In this document: piece by piece, positions 12,310 through 26,649 of the stretch
Numbering within the stretch: position 1 is the stretch's first letter
Layout of the letters: each line of letters opens with the position of its first letter
Assembly: GCA_964016885.1 (NCBI GenBank)
Contig: OZ024740.1
Location: 411,308,001-411,372,000, forward strand
Length of the DNA: 64,000 nucleotides
Reading direction: 5' to 3'
From: Eledone cirrhosa
Taxonomy: Eukaryota
Notes under the pieces: model-generated
The model's input: only the letters and a program-made list of their open reading frames with translations
Told to the model about the DNA's origin: nothing
The model's database searches: none
Position numbers and translations under genes: made by a program

Positions 12310-12349
<40 letters not shown>

Positions 12350-12364
12350 AAGTATATATATATA

Positions 12365-12476
<112 letters not shown>

Positions 12477-14117
12477 TATGTGTGTGTGTGTGTATATATG
12501 CCAGCAGAAAGTTTATTAATAGTGAAAGTAGAAATGACAACCACGAGTTGTGATTCAAACCTGTTGTGACGAATTATACACAGACACTCTAGACATATAC
12601 AGCAATACGACCACAGACTTATTTAAATTATCACTGGTTCAATCCGTAATACTTTATGCAGAAATTTAGATAGGACCATTTCCGGAATTTCCAAAAGTTT
12701 TTCCTGGACATTGCTACAGTGAAGTTTGTTTTGTCGCTTCTGCTGCTGCTGTTATTGTTGTTGTTGGTGGCGGCGGAGGTGTTGGTAGTGGTGGAGGCCA
12801 ATCTGTAACTGACAGATACTTCTAAAACTTATGAATTAGTTTTCTGTAGTACAGCTATTGTCATTTTATATATATATATATATTTATTCTTGATAATAAT
12901 GTTATTGTAGTTTAGTGATACAGTTAGAGTTTTTCACATTCAACGCTATTAGGTTTAAATATATAACTATTGCTTTTTTGATAAAAATATATTAAAGATA
13001 TTTTTGTTTTGTTTTCCTTTCTTGTTGCTGTTCTAGAAATTATTGTTCCATTGCTTTCGTGATATGTATTGTAATATATTGTATTTTAATTTTCGTCATG
13101 ATCTCAATTATTTCAATTTATTTTGAAATAACTGTTTTTATGAATCGTCTTGTGTGGTAGTTACTGGTAAAGTTTCTGTCATTCCTGTTCCTCTTGTTGT
13201 AATGTTTTACTTTTGCAATTGTATATTCATTTGCCGCTATGCTCAATATATTTGCTAGTACGTGTATATCTATTTTGTGATAATATTATTTGTGGATCTC
13301 TTTGTTGTAGTTAAATTTTGGGTGTGCTCTTTATTTAGGTTTTTGTCGATATTACACCTGTTGCTAATATAGATAATTCTATTGATCGTTGTTGTCTTTT
13401 TACTTTTTATTAAAGTAGTTCTTGCAGTATAACTGAGATTATGACACAATTTCATTCTCAAGATTGGAATTGAAAAAATAGAAAAAAGTATAAATGTGTT
13501 TAAAAATAATTTAATAAACTGAAAAGAAATGAGGCGAATAAAGTTCATTTTTTTCTTTATTTTTTGTGTATGTTAAAGTTTCACCAAATCCTAGTCATTG
13601 AACCTGATTTATTACCTTAGTTTGCAATAACGAATGTTGATTTCCATTATTTTTGCTATTTTTATGTAAATGTTGTCCCTTTAATTTTCTGTAATAATTA
13701 TGAAAAGTGCTGGTACAGAAGCGGTGTTTGATACTGTTAATAAACTTAAAAGGTAACTAGTTATGTAACAAATTGTAATAACAAACAGTACATAAAAAAA
13801 TAATTGTCTTGGTGATTGCATCCGCAAAGCTATTTCGCTCTCGTTTGGAGCTGAAATAGAATAATTCACAGTGAATCACCGATGAAAATTAATAAACGCA
13901 GGAATCATATACACCGACTTCGTATTGAACGAATATTAAAAACACATTTCTCATTTGAAATCTGTATAACATATGCATTGGTTATTAATTCATCTATGCC
14001 CGACCATATATACACGATTACATGCACACATACTCATGTATATAGATCCATATACATACATTTACTCATGCACATATATCTACATACATATATGTATATA
14101 TATTATATAACACACAG

Positions 14118-14162
<45 letters not shown>

Positions 14163-15136
14163 AACAGCTTCCTCGCTATTTCAATCTCTCCCCTTCTTCC
14201 CCCTCGCTCAACAATCCATATCTCCCACAATCTAGCTTCCCATGTTATCTATCGTTCTCTGTGTACTTCCATCACTATTTTTATTCTCTTCTTTCATTCA
14301 TTTTCAAAAATAGCATTGTATTTACTGTAACTAGAGATATAAATATACTAATTTTCAAACTCCTCATGTATCTACTATCGTTTTAACCTGATCACATCAT
14401 TTATCTATCTACCTATCTATCAATCTATAAGTATATCTATCACTCTATCTATCTGTCTATCTATCTACCTATCTACCTATCTATCTCTTAAAGTTTACAC
14501 AACTTATTATGTAAAACTACCGCCGTCACATCCTGTAATGTTCCTTTTCTTGTGCGTCCGTGTGGCAAATAAAGAAACATATCTATCGAGCTATCAATCT
14601 ATCTCTCTGTCTATATTACTGTCTATATATCTATCTATCGAACTCCCAGTCCATCTATCTATCTATCTATATATCTATCTATCTATCTATCTATTTTTTT
14701 CTATATATCTCTCTATCTATTTATATAGGAGTTTGTGAGTGTTTATGTGTATGCGTATGTGTGCGTATGTGAATGTATGTGGGTAAATGACGATTACAAT
14801 AGTTGATCACTATAAAACAGTTTAAAATATCGTGCAAAATATGCCTCAATGTCGAAAGAAACGGACAGTCGTCTACGTTTACTTTTACCGGTCCCCAGCG
14901 GTGCTTTACCAATTTGTTTCAACTATTATTCATAGTGATCGACTATGATTATGATCATTTACTTTGGAAATACCACATTTGAAATTCAATATGTATGACA
15001 CACACACACACACATATACATATATATAAGTATACATATATACATATATAATTACTAGTGGTGGTACCAAAACAAGCACGCAATGGAGAGGCATTGACAA
15101 AGTGTATGTATAAAGGAACGACGAAGTTTCGAATCT

Positions 15137-15695
<559 letters not shown>

Positions 15696-15803
15696 AGGAC
15701 TTCCAACTTCGTCTGATTTACTCGTTTTATTTACAATCCTTTAAAATTATAATGATATTTTAAGGAAATAGTATGGTAGAATATTAAATGTTAAATGTTA
15801 ATT

Positions 15804-15840
15804 GAACAAGTACTTTCATCCTTTCGCAATCTTCAGGTTC
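15804..15840 (-). ncRNA. Minimal hammerhead motif (left arm)
   Basis: Reverse complement reads GAAC-CTGAAGA-TTGC-GAAA-GGAT-GAAA-GTAC-TT-GTTC. Stem II carries a mismatch. Confidence 0.6.
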
Positions 15841-15915
15841 ATATTCAGTGGTGATAGTCAAGTTTGCAATGTTCAACAGTTGAAAATTGCAGATTTGACT
15901 GTCACCACTGAATAT

Positions 15916-15952
15916 GAACCTGAAGATTGCGAAAGCATGAAAGTACTTGTTC
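15916..15952 (+). ncRNA. Minimal hammerhead motif (right arm)
   Basis: GAAC-CTGAAGA-T-TGC-GAAA-GCA-T-GAAA-GTAC-TT-GTTC: 4-bp stem I, GNRA-capped stem II, palindromic stem III (AGTACT). Confidence 0.7.
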
Positions 15953-16097
15953 AATTAACATTTAACATTCTACCATACTATTTCATTAAAATATCATTAT
16001 AATTTTAAAGGATTGTAAATGAAACGAGTAAATCAGACAAACTTGGAACTCCTTTCATTAATATAATCTTCTATACACAATCATACACACACGTCTA

Positions 16098-16175
<78 letters not shown>

Positions 16176-16215
16176 ACAGGAGGTTGTGCTGGTGTAAATC
16201 CTTGAAAGGTTTATT

Positions 16216-16273
16216 ATACTATGATCATTTCAACGACTGGGTTCCATACGAATCCGGTGATATCATCAGGTAT
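16216..16273 (-). ncRNA. Minimal hammerhead motif followed by AATAAA
   Basis: Reverse complement reads ATAC-CTGATGA-[imperfect stem II]-GAAA-TGATCA-TA-GTAT-AATAAA, with palindromic stem III ATGATCAT. Confidence 0.62.
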
Positions 16274-16753
16274 TCGAAATATAACAAAGGATATGTAAAA
16301 ACCATGGGTTCGAAAAATCAGAGACAGATTTATAGGCATATATATATACATTACTCCTTTCATCTCTAATGTATCTATTTACCTCTCACCTTCCTACCTA
16401 CCTTCATGCACACATACATACGAACCTAAGTGCGTAGATAAATATATATACCGATTCCTAGACCCTTAAATATAGATTTAAATTAAGAAAAGGATTGTTA
16501 GATAGATAAGGAGTTCCAACATCTTACTCTTTCCCCTTCCTTTCGGTATATATAGTAGAGAGTTAAGGCATGATGGCTGGGCTCTTGCCATTTCGTCAGC
16601 ACATTCCAAACTCTTATACATACATATATATATACATATATATACATACATAAATATATATATACATATGGATTGCCTATAACGATAACTTGTTATATAT
16701 ATATATATACATATATATATATACATATATATATATATATGTATACACACACA

Positions 16754-16786
<33 letters not shown>

Positions 16787-17872
16787 TCTGATAACACTCT
16801 GCCCCAATCCCTTTTCTCTCTATATCTCTATATATTTGAAAAGCAATATCAAAAGCCAGGAAAGAATATAAACACTATATATATATATTTTTTTTTAAAT
16901 AGCAGAGAATATATCACATATAAATGAATGTACGTTAGCCTAACATATTTTCTGCTTTCTATTCAGATAATGGGGATATCAATACGATACAATTAATACA
17001 AAATAATAATTATCTCATGATAACAATATTAAAAAATGTTATGATCAAATTTGAGTGAAAACCGGTTAGAAATCATGTGGCACAATACAACTGTTAAGTA
17101 GTATTCAAAAAATCCGATTTCTTTAGTTTACATCAGAGCACTTGAGTGATTATTGATGTAACATTGTAAAGTATAATAAAATGTAGAATTCAAAGTTAGA
17201 GAGTACATTTTCCTTCCTAACACAAGTCTTATGTACTTAATATACGTGTTCAAATTACACATACAACCAAAATATGCACAGACAGACACATACTACAAGG
17301 GATTAAGTTTTGGTGGGCACGGAAATAGGAAATGTGTGAAAAAAGTAATAATAAATATCACTCCTCTCAAAGAAAAGCTGATTAAATTGTAGCTTGTATG
17401 ATTTTCCTGAGCTTAACTATTCGGGTATTGCTGAAAGCTTTTCTCCATCCAGCTGTAAAACGTACTTCTTTATAACTTGCAATATTTGAGATAGCAGAAA
17501 CATGGTACAATTACAACTAGACAGTATGATGTTTATCTATCTATTTACCTATCTTTCTTTATTTGCCACAGGGGCGTACACAAATGGGACATTACAAGAC
17601 GTGACGACGGGGGTTTTACATAAAAAATCATATAACTTTAACATTAATAAATAGCAATAACCTATATATAATAAAATAACAATTGAAATCCCCAATAGTG
17701 GGGAGCGTTACTGCAGGGTTGTTTCACACCCGAAACACCAGGAACAGGTTTTGAACAACCCTCAACACCAGGAACAAGTTTTGTAGGTGATCCCGTCTTC
17801 CCTCTGTTTATCTTCCTCAACCTACAGGTTTATATACAGAGAAGGCCAATTCACTCGGGCCATAAGCGCCAC

Positions 17873-17986
<114 letters not shown>

Positions 17987-18159
17987 GTCTGTCTGTATGT
18001 CTCTCTACGCGTATACGTGCACAAATACACATAAATATTTATCCATATCTGTTGACGCCAGAAAAATGACACCGAAGGGGAAACTCTTGAAATTAATGTT
18101 TTAAATAGAAAACTATCCTATTCACCATCTCTCTCTCCCCCTTTTTTCTCAATTCGATT

Positions 18160-18476
18160 ATGAATGACCATGGCTTTGACCCTGGAAAGCTCCCCTCCGA
18201 GGCACAAGCCTTGGCAAGGTGCGTTTGTGGAAGACCAGCAGACACACAATGCATGCCAGTTTATTCCTCTCAACGCCACCTATGGTGTTCAAGGGAAAGG
18301 CAATGGCCGATAGAGCTTGGCAACAGCGATGTCCCAAATTATTTCTACAGCTGAGCAACATGAAATAAAATGTTTTTATCAACAACACAACGCACCGCCC
18401 GAGCCTGGATTCTAACTCCCAACCTTACAATTGTGAGCCCAACGCTCTAACTTCTAAGCCACGCGCCTTCACGCAC
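18160..18476 (-). mobile_element. SINE family B (tRNA-like head)
   Basis: The reverse complement begins GGCGCGTGGCTTAGAAGTTAGAGCGTTGGGCTCACAAT...GAGTTAGAATCC (A/B-box-like) and aligns by eye with 60197-60492. Confidence 0.7.
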
Positions 18477-18479
18477 TCC

Positions 18480-18584
<105 letters not shown>

Positions 18585-19165
18585 TGTGTGTATACATATA
18601 TATATGTGTGTGTGTGTGTGTCAGTGTGTGTCATTATGTGTGCACGGGTGTGTGTGTGCGTGTGGATGTATATATATATATATATAGGAATATATATACA
18701 TGGGATGTAGTCATCCTAATGTGAAAGATATTCAAATACGTTTCAATCACTATAAATAAATTTCGAAAATAAACTTATACCAAAATAGAATATACGCATC
18801 TAAACATAGATGGCCGATGATTTTCATCTTAGTTCGTCATGTCAGCGTCTTTGAAGTTATATGAAAACCCCAATATTTAATTGATCAGATCATATCAAAG
18901 CAAATTGGCAAGTGATGAAATTTTTATTTACTTGTTTAAGTAATTAGTGGTCCCATGTATACTTTTGGTGAATTTAAACTAAAACGATCAGTAGTCACGA
19001 GCTCTCTTGTAACTCAGATAATTGTTTCTGCCTCACTCTCTAACTATATATATATATATATATATATATGTATAATAATAATAAATGTGAAGACTAAAAT
19101 CTAAAGAGGACTCGATAAGGATAAATATATATCAAATATATAAAAATCCTAGAGAAAATATTATA

Positions 19166-19278
<113 letters not shown>

Positions 19279-19356
19279 ATATATGTATTTATATATTCAT
19301 ATATGTATATATATATATGTACATATATGTATATATGCACACACACATACACACAT

Positions 19357-19404
<48 letters not shown>

Positions 19405-20329
19405 GCACATGCACACATACATATATATATATATATATATACACTACGTCATCTACATTGTATATAATTATTTATTTATTTTAATATTTCTATATTTCAG
19501 ATATCATCAGATTACAATCACAATTATATAGCATAACGACGTCATATCATCATGAACAATACAACCCTCATCACCGACACCACCACCATCGTCATCATAT
19601 ATCATTGTCATCATCATCATCGTCGTCATCAGCATCATTATCATCATCATCATCATCTTCATCAACATCATCATTATCGTCTTCGTGATCCTCACCGTCC
19701 TTATCCCCCATAAAATACTTATAAATTAGCGTTTAGCTATTTTCCTACAAATCAATAATCTTATAGATAATGCCAGAAACTACGTTCATTATATTTCAAA
19801 ATATATAGTCCTAGATCCTCTGTAAAAGCGGTTCACAAAATTCTTTTCGCTTGGTGTTCGTATTATTCCGTCTTTGAAAATACCTTTTCACCCGTATGAT
19901 ACAGAAATACGGTTATAAGAAAGGAAGTCAGTGAGGATAATTGGCTGAAATTTATTAGCAAAGTATGTCACATCAACCTACTCCAAGACCAACTCTTACA
20001 GAAACGGTAGTATTAATAATAAAATAATTCTAGCTCCCTAGCATAATGAGAAACATGCAACTTGTGACTAGTCAAGACAACAACCACGTTTCCCAAAACG
20101 AAACTTCTGGCGAGTGGAATTCTCAACCCGGTTGTGGTAATCCTGGCCTTTAGCGTGTTCATGATCACGTGAAATGGTATACAGGTTATTATTTCTAATT
20201 ACTCTATAGTAGTACAATTGCATAGCTCTTAGAAGACTGAAGGAGCATCATAGTTGTAAACCTAACCTGAAGCAATCTAATTTCATGTAAGGGGCTTAGC
20301 ATTATCAATTTGTGGTATTTAGTTATTTT

Positions 20330-20620
20330 CTAAGTTCTTACTTCAAATCCCACTGAATTCAACTTGGTCTTTCATCATTCCGGGGTCGATAAAATAAAGT
20401 AACAATGAAGACCATCTACTAATCCCTCTTTCCAAAATTGCCGGCCTTGTGTCTACATTGGGAATCATTATTGATATTCATAAAGTTCTGAGTTCAAATC
20501 CCGCCTTTCCTCGTTATGGGGTCGCTAAAATAAAGCGCCAGTAATGCACTGGGGTCGACTTTATTGATTTTCGCCTCCCTTAAAGTTGTTGGCCTTGTAC
20601 CTAAATTAGAAACCATTATT
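20330..20620 (+). mobile_element. Two tandem SINE family A copies
   Basis: Two runs of TTCAAATCCC...GGGGTCG.TAAAATAAAG...GGCCTTGT..CTA.ATT.GAA.CATTATT. Confidence 0.7.
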
Positions 20621-21769
20621 AATACTCATAAAAACCGGTTACCGTGAGTATCTGATGGACTAACCCTTGCGAAAAAATCGATGTTTTCTTTGTACGCCAC
20701 GTTAAAAATGAACGACAAATTTATAGAAGATAAAAATGCACTCAATAAAGGATTAGTTAAATGTCAAAGATCATACATAGTCTATCTGAAGTTGCCTAAT
20801 TAGCTATATCAAAACGTAACTGGTTATCTCTATCGTCGTCATAGGATGAATAGATATGTATTGTGAAGGTCATATAACTTTTCCCAAGTTCATTAACAAT
20901 TTCATGAAAACAGTAATGGTTGATGCTATTGATTTTTTGTATTTTGTCACAAAGCCACAAAAATATAGGGAATGTTGAAAGTCAATTAAATCATCCGTAG
21001 TATATAAATAGTTCATATATACTATAGTGAATGAAATGCAAAAGTAATCCCAAAAGAATATAAAAACAAAAGGGAAAATATTTGTAGCTAAATGCCACAA
21101 AGTTTCAATATGTCTGTTTTGAGCTTCAGTCAATTACGTAGCCAACATGAGGTTTAATTCCACCGTATTACATTATCTGCAAGTGTTTCCTTCCATAGTA
21201 TAGAGTATAGTCTTGACTGAGGTCATGTGAATGAAATTTGATACGCAGAAACTACGTGAAACACCACTCTTCCTATAAACCCGTCTATATCAACTCAACA
21301 ATTAAGGAATAACAATATACCTGGACATTTCAATGACACGATAATCATCAAATCGAAAGGCATTTAAACATAATCTTTATTAGAGTGAATACAAGTTAGA
21401 CGATCTAATATTACACAGTTTCGCTCGTATCGACTCCGTAACTGCAGTTTCTGGATTTAGGAAACAATATAAATTGCCATAATGAATTAAGACAACCAAT
21501 ATTAGAAGAAATTCCGTAACATGGGGATTCTTTGGAAGTAGAAACGAATAAGTTAAACTATGTTAAAATTAAGTCTCGTCAAGGACAAGGGCTGTATATT
21601 ATCTATTGAATATCTTCTGTACTTCCAAAGGTTCCCACTATTGACGGAGAAGTTGGCAAATGAAACTGTGTCTAAATTGTTCTCGAATTTGATAATTATC
21701 TTTTCATTCAGATGTCCAAGTATATTATTAGCGAACAAATAACTTTCTGTTTGATATATATTTATATAT

Positions 21770-21834
21770 ATCCGAGTTCGGATCTAGCTGTCGAAACGGC
21801 CGGAGCTCAGCCGTCGGGGACCTGACTCTTTTCC

Positions 21835-21837
<3 letters not shown>
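21770..21837 (+). repeat. Half copy of the hammerhead-derived fold-back family
   Basis: ATCCGAGTTCGGATCTAGCTGTC-GAAA-CGGC..GCCG-TC-GGGGACC...TTCCTA between TA tracts. Another copy lies at ~39860-39919. Confidence 0.7.
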
Positions 21838-21903
<66 letters not shown>

Positions 21904-22089
21904 CCCTATTTGCAGAAAATATCTTTAGTAGATTGAACTGATATTTATCGCCCGTAATGAATAACGAAATAAAATGAGTATTTTATTTACACTGGAATTA
22001 AAAACTAATGTACCCCAAACGGGCGGCCAATGAAAATTGAATTGAAGACGTAAAGGAATGTGTCGAAAAGCTGCCAGGCAGCATTTTAC

Positions 22090-22445
22090 GTTGAGAGTTG
22101 AAATCCCGCCAACTTCAACTTTGCCTTCATTATTCTGAATTCGATAGAAAAAAAAAGAAGAAAAATGCCAGTAAAATACTTGGGTAGATATAATGGAATT
22201 TTCCCATTCAACAAATTACTGGAGTTGTGCATAAATTAGAAATCCTTATTTTTTTTTACATGGGCGAATCACAATTTCGTCTGGTTTTTACGTTCTGAGG
22301 TCAAATCCCGCCGAGGTAAACTTTGCCTATCCAGCCATTTGGGATCGATTAAATAAAGTACTTCTTAAGTAGTGGGGTCGATATATTCGATATTCCCCTC
22401 AAACTAAAATGCTGGCATTCTGTCGAAATTAGAAACAATATTTGT
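22090..22445 (+). mobile_element. Two further diverged SINE family A copies
   Basis: AAATCCCGCC.AGGT.AACTTTGCCT...TCGAT..AATAAAGTAC...GGGGTCGAT...AAATTAGAAA motifs. Confidence 0.65.
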
Positions 22446-24637
22446 TACATAGGCACAAGGTCAGGAGTATCATCAGGTTATGTGACACTGCCTAGATTTG
22501 GGATTTTTCCTGAACCGGTATTATGCTTAAGTCAGGTATTTTTGGAGATTCTCCGTAACCCCTGATCTGAAAGCTTTCACGAGAACACTAGCAGCATCAA
22601 CAATAACAACAACAACATAATAATATTAACACTTGCGACAAACATATTATACAACGAAACAAATTATGTAGTGGCAGCAAAGAAGCAGAGTCCAACATTC
22701 TCGTATCTTAGTTGGGGACTGTATAGAGTTGGCAATCCACGTTGCAAAGTCCAATGATTAATGTGAAGGAATCTATACGAAACTAACCACATATTAATCA
22801 CATTAGCCTCATCTACTCATTTTATATATCTTTCACATTCTAAGACTACAGCGTAAAATTAACATCCCTACAATAGCAATAAAAAGTAGTGGGAAAATAA
22901 TTTGTCGGGAATTAAACCTAATTCTCATTGGCTTAAAATATCTACAGAAATACATGAATCGGAGTTTACAATTAGCTGTACTTATGTTCGAACACACCAA
23001 ATTCTAGGACAATAGAATCTATTGAAATAAGGAATCTTATTACGAAATGCCCATTTTATGATAATATGGCTTCTCCAGACGTTGAAATGTGACTTTAAAT
23101 CCCCTTTCACACATCCATAAAAACTATTGTTGCAGCAGCTGTTAGATTTTATCACCACAACGTATAAGCAAAGAAATTCGAAATTTGGAAACAGATTTGT
23201 TTCGCTGGGACATTGTTCCGACAAAATCATCATTAAAACTTATGTTGTTTAAATGTTGTGGTAATGCACCAAAATTATAGTCATTTCATATAATAGGTAT
23301 TCATCTTTTAAAATTCCTCTTAGGTTGACGTTATTTAAACTTACGTTGTTGATTAAATACTGATTTCAATATAATTTACTTTCCCTCCCTTCAGATTGAT
23401 AGATAGGAGCCTTAATTATGTGTCATTGTTAATATATATCTATGAATAATTATGTGGAGGTGGTCATGTGTATGTGTGTTTGTATGTGTTAAAAAGTATA
23501 TAACTAAATATGCATACTTAAATTTCATATGTGTAATCACATACATTTATTTTCCTCTGTGTATGATTCCTTCCCATTTCAATGCGATCACCATTTAAGT
23601 ACTATTTCCATCAATAGTAAAGAAATGATGTTATAATAAAGACTTCTCTAAATGATGATTATTCTGGCTTGATATGTGTATGTCGAATAAAGAACAAAAT
23701 ATATTTTACAAACGTACTTTAACGTCCGACTGTTTGAAAGTAAGAAATATCATTGTAAAAGTTACGAGACAATCCATTCCTATATTACCTTTTCTTACTA
23801 TATAAACTATTTAGACTGTGTAGTCGAGTATGTGTGTATATGTGTGACGGCCAAACGAATATCCGCTACCTCCAACTAAATTACCCTCTGTATGTTGATC
23901 CTGGCCGAACGATGGAGAATACATTGCCCCGGGGGACGGTGTTGGAGACGCCCTGGAACACCCCCACCCTACCTCATGGGGCTCGCACCTACGGGCACCC
24001 AGCTTCGGTCCGATAGCAGTGAGCAGGCATGTGGTCTCGGGGGAGGCAATAACGCCGGAGATCTCTTCTGCTACAGGCATATCGCAAACCTACCAGAGAG
24101 CAGACAGCACTGTAATATCATAAAACTGGGTAGAGAACTAAAGGAACCACAGTGGTAACACAGCAGCATTTGTGTGACTCTCAGACCCGAAGGCAAAGCC
24201 TCAGGGAAACACCGATGTGCAAGCAGTCGCTCTCCAGCTGAGTGCCAGTTACCAGTGATGGTCCTGCGTTGAGACAGGCACCATTGTGGGTTTGAGAAGC
24301 CGTGTGAAAGCATGCCAGGCGGTCATGAGGTCGTGTTGCAAAGATGGCGCCGCACTTGTTTGGGGGTTGATGGACTTCTACAAAAGGGAGGGGTGAACCG
24401 GCTTGAACAGGCTGGACGCTGGGTATGTTCTATGTCTCGTGGGCCACCTCGGGTTCCCCGATCATTGTAGGTTCAGTTGTGCTGTGGAGAAACCTATTGC
24501 CAGGGATATAGCAATAAGTCACTTACTAAAGGAAAGCAGTCAGGTCCAGGGTGACTGAGGTGCGGAGTCGAAGATCGCCATATCTGACGGGTAAGGCGGC
24601 CTGTTGCCCCATCCGCTGTCGTCAAAATCAATGATCA

Positions 24638-24919
<282 letters not shown>

Positions 24920-25250
24920 ATATTTAGAAACACACAGATACATGCGGACACACACATATATACATGAATGCATCCGCACCCAACTGTGAGTTAAGGGTGC
25001 CAACTTCACCGATGTTGCTCAATGAATGACTGGGACAGACCAATTCAGTTGAACTAGACTGAACCAGTATCAGAGTTAAAATGAGGTATCCTCTTGATAA
25101 GTCGGCAGACCTCGCAAGGACTCTATATCTTTATGATATATTGTTTTTGTTTATGCCACGAAACTACGTAGTCGAGGAATTTAGGAGCAGTTTAGGTATG
25201 ATACATTTTATTACTAATTATATCTAAATGTTTCTTCTCTCTTCATAATG

Positions 25251-25281
<31 letters not shown>

Positions 25282-25509
25282 GTGAGGTTTTTTTTACAAA
25301 ATGAAAAATAACCGAGGTGTCCTACACAAGTGAAAGTATAATTAAAAAAAGATGAAATCGAAAATGCAACTGGAGTCTTATTTAAAAAAAAAATATATAT
25401 ATTTATTTGGTTCCTTTACCGGTTTCGCAGTTCTGCTTTTCAAAAGTAGAGTTGAGATGGAGGGTCTGTGGTTTTTCTCACATCTGAGAAATATGTATAT
25501 ATATATATT

Positions 25510-25741
25510 TAGTAATAATAATAAAAGTGAAGACTAAAATGCAAAGAGGGCACGATAAGGATAAATATATATCAAAGATCCGGTTAAGAGTGAAAGCAGC
25601 GATTCTTTGCTTAAACTTTAATCTGTTATTTTAATATATGTATATGTATATATATTTGCTCTAGGGTTCTTATATATTTGATATATATTTATTCTTATCG
25701 AGCCCTCTTTGGATTTTAATCTTCAAATTTATTATTATTAC

Positions 25742-25743
<2 letters not shown>
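25510..25743. repeat. Fold-back element with ~66-bp inverted arms, flanked by (TA)n
   Basis: 25510-25576 is the reverse complement of 25677-25743. Single arms recur at about 19075-19165, 40620-40720 and 52585-52675. Confidence 0.8.
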
Positions 25744-25793
<50 letters not shown>

Positions 25794-26229
25794 AAGAATA
25801 GATGGTAAATAGTGAAAATCCGATGCATGGTCACAAGCAACTATGTATGGTTTCAACTAACCACCTATTTACCAATTTGATTAAGAACTATTTATATATA
25901 TATATATATATATAGAACAATACACACATGCACACACACACACACGAACACACACGCACACACACACACACACACTCTCACACACACACGTACACACACA
26001 CACGCACACATACACACCACATACATTTAATTATTGAATTACTAGCTTTCGCTGTATGTATAAGTCCCGTAACGGCTAGAAATAGTACTACACGCGATGC
26101 CTATTTTCCTTCTGTTTTGGGGGCTGACACATCCTGTTAATAAATTATTTTTTGTAGAAAAAAAGAAGGCGAATGATACTAACTCAATTCGGTTTTCAAA
26201 TCCCACCACCGTCTCCTTCACATGTGATC

Positions 26230-26298
<69 letters not shown>

Positions 26299-26649
26299 CA
26301 CGCACACATATATGTATGTGTGAGAGGGGGTATGCGTGTATGTGTGTGTATATAAAAATAATTTTGGGGTTGTTGATTTGATCGATTTTGTTAAGCCGCC
26401 AAAGCTGTCAAAAGAGATCGAATGTATAGTGAGAGATATCCGCAAGGTATTCGATGTGTAAACTGAAAATGTAAACAAGTAAATATTTTATACTGAAGCG
26501 TGAAGAAAAATCTAATCGAAGTACCAAACAAACAAAAACAATATGTAAAAGAATAACTAAAATATAGTAAAACGAAACGAAAAAAATCAATAATTATCGA
26601 AGCACTCGAATAATAATAATAATAATAATAACAATAATACAATTAGGCC

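Noticed and set aside
16520-16605. Minus-strand CTGACGA followed by an ATGGC/GCCAT hairpin
   Set aside because: GAAA does not follow the stem directly and no stem I/III can be formed, so it is not counted as a hammerhead.
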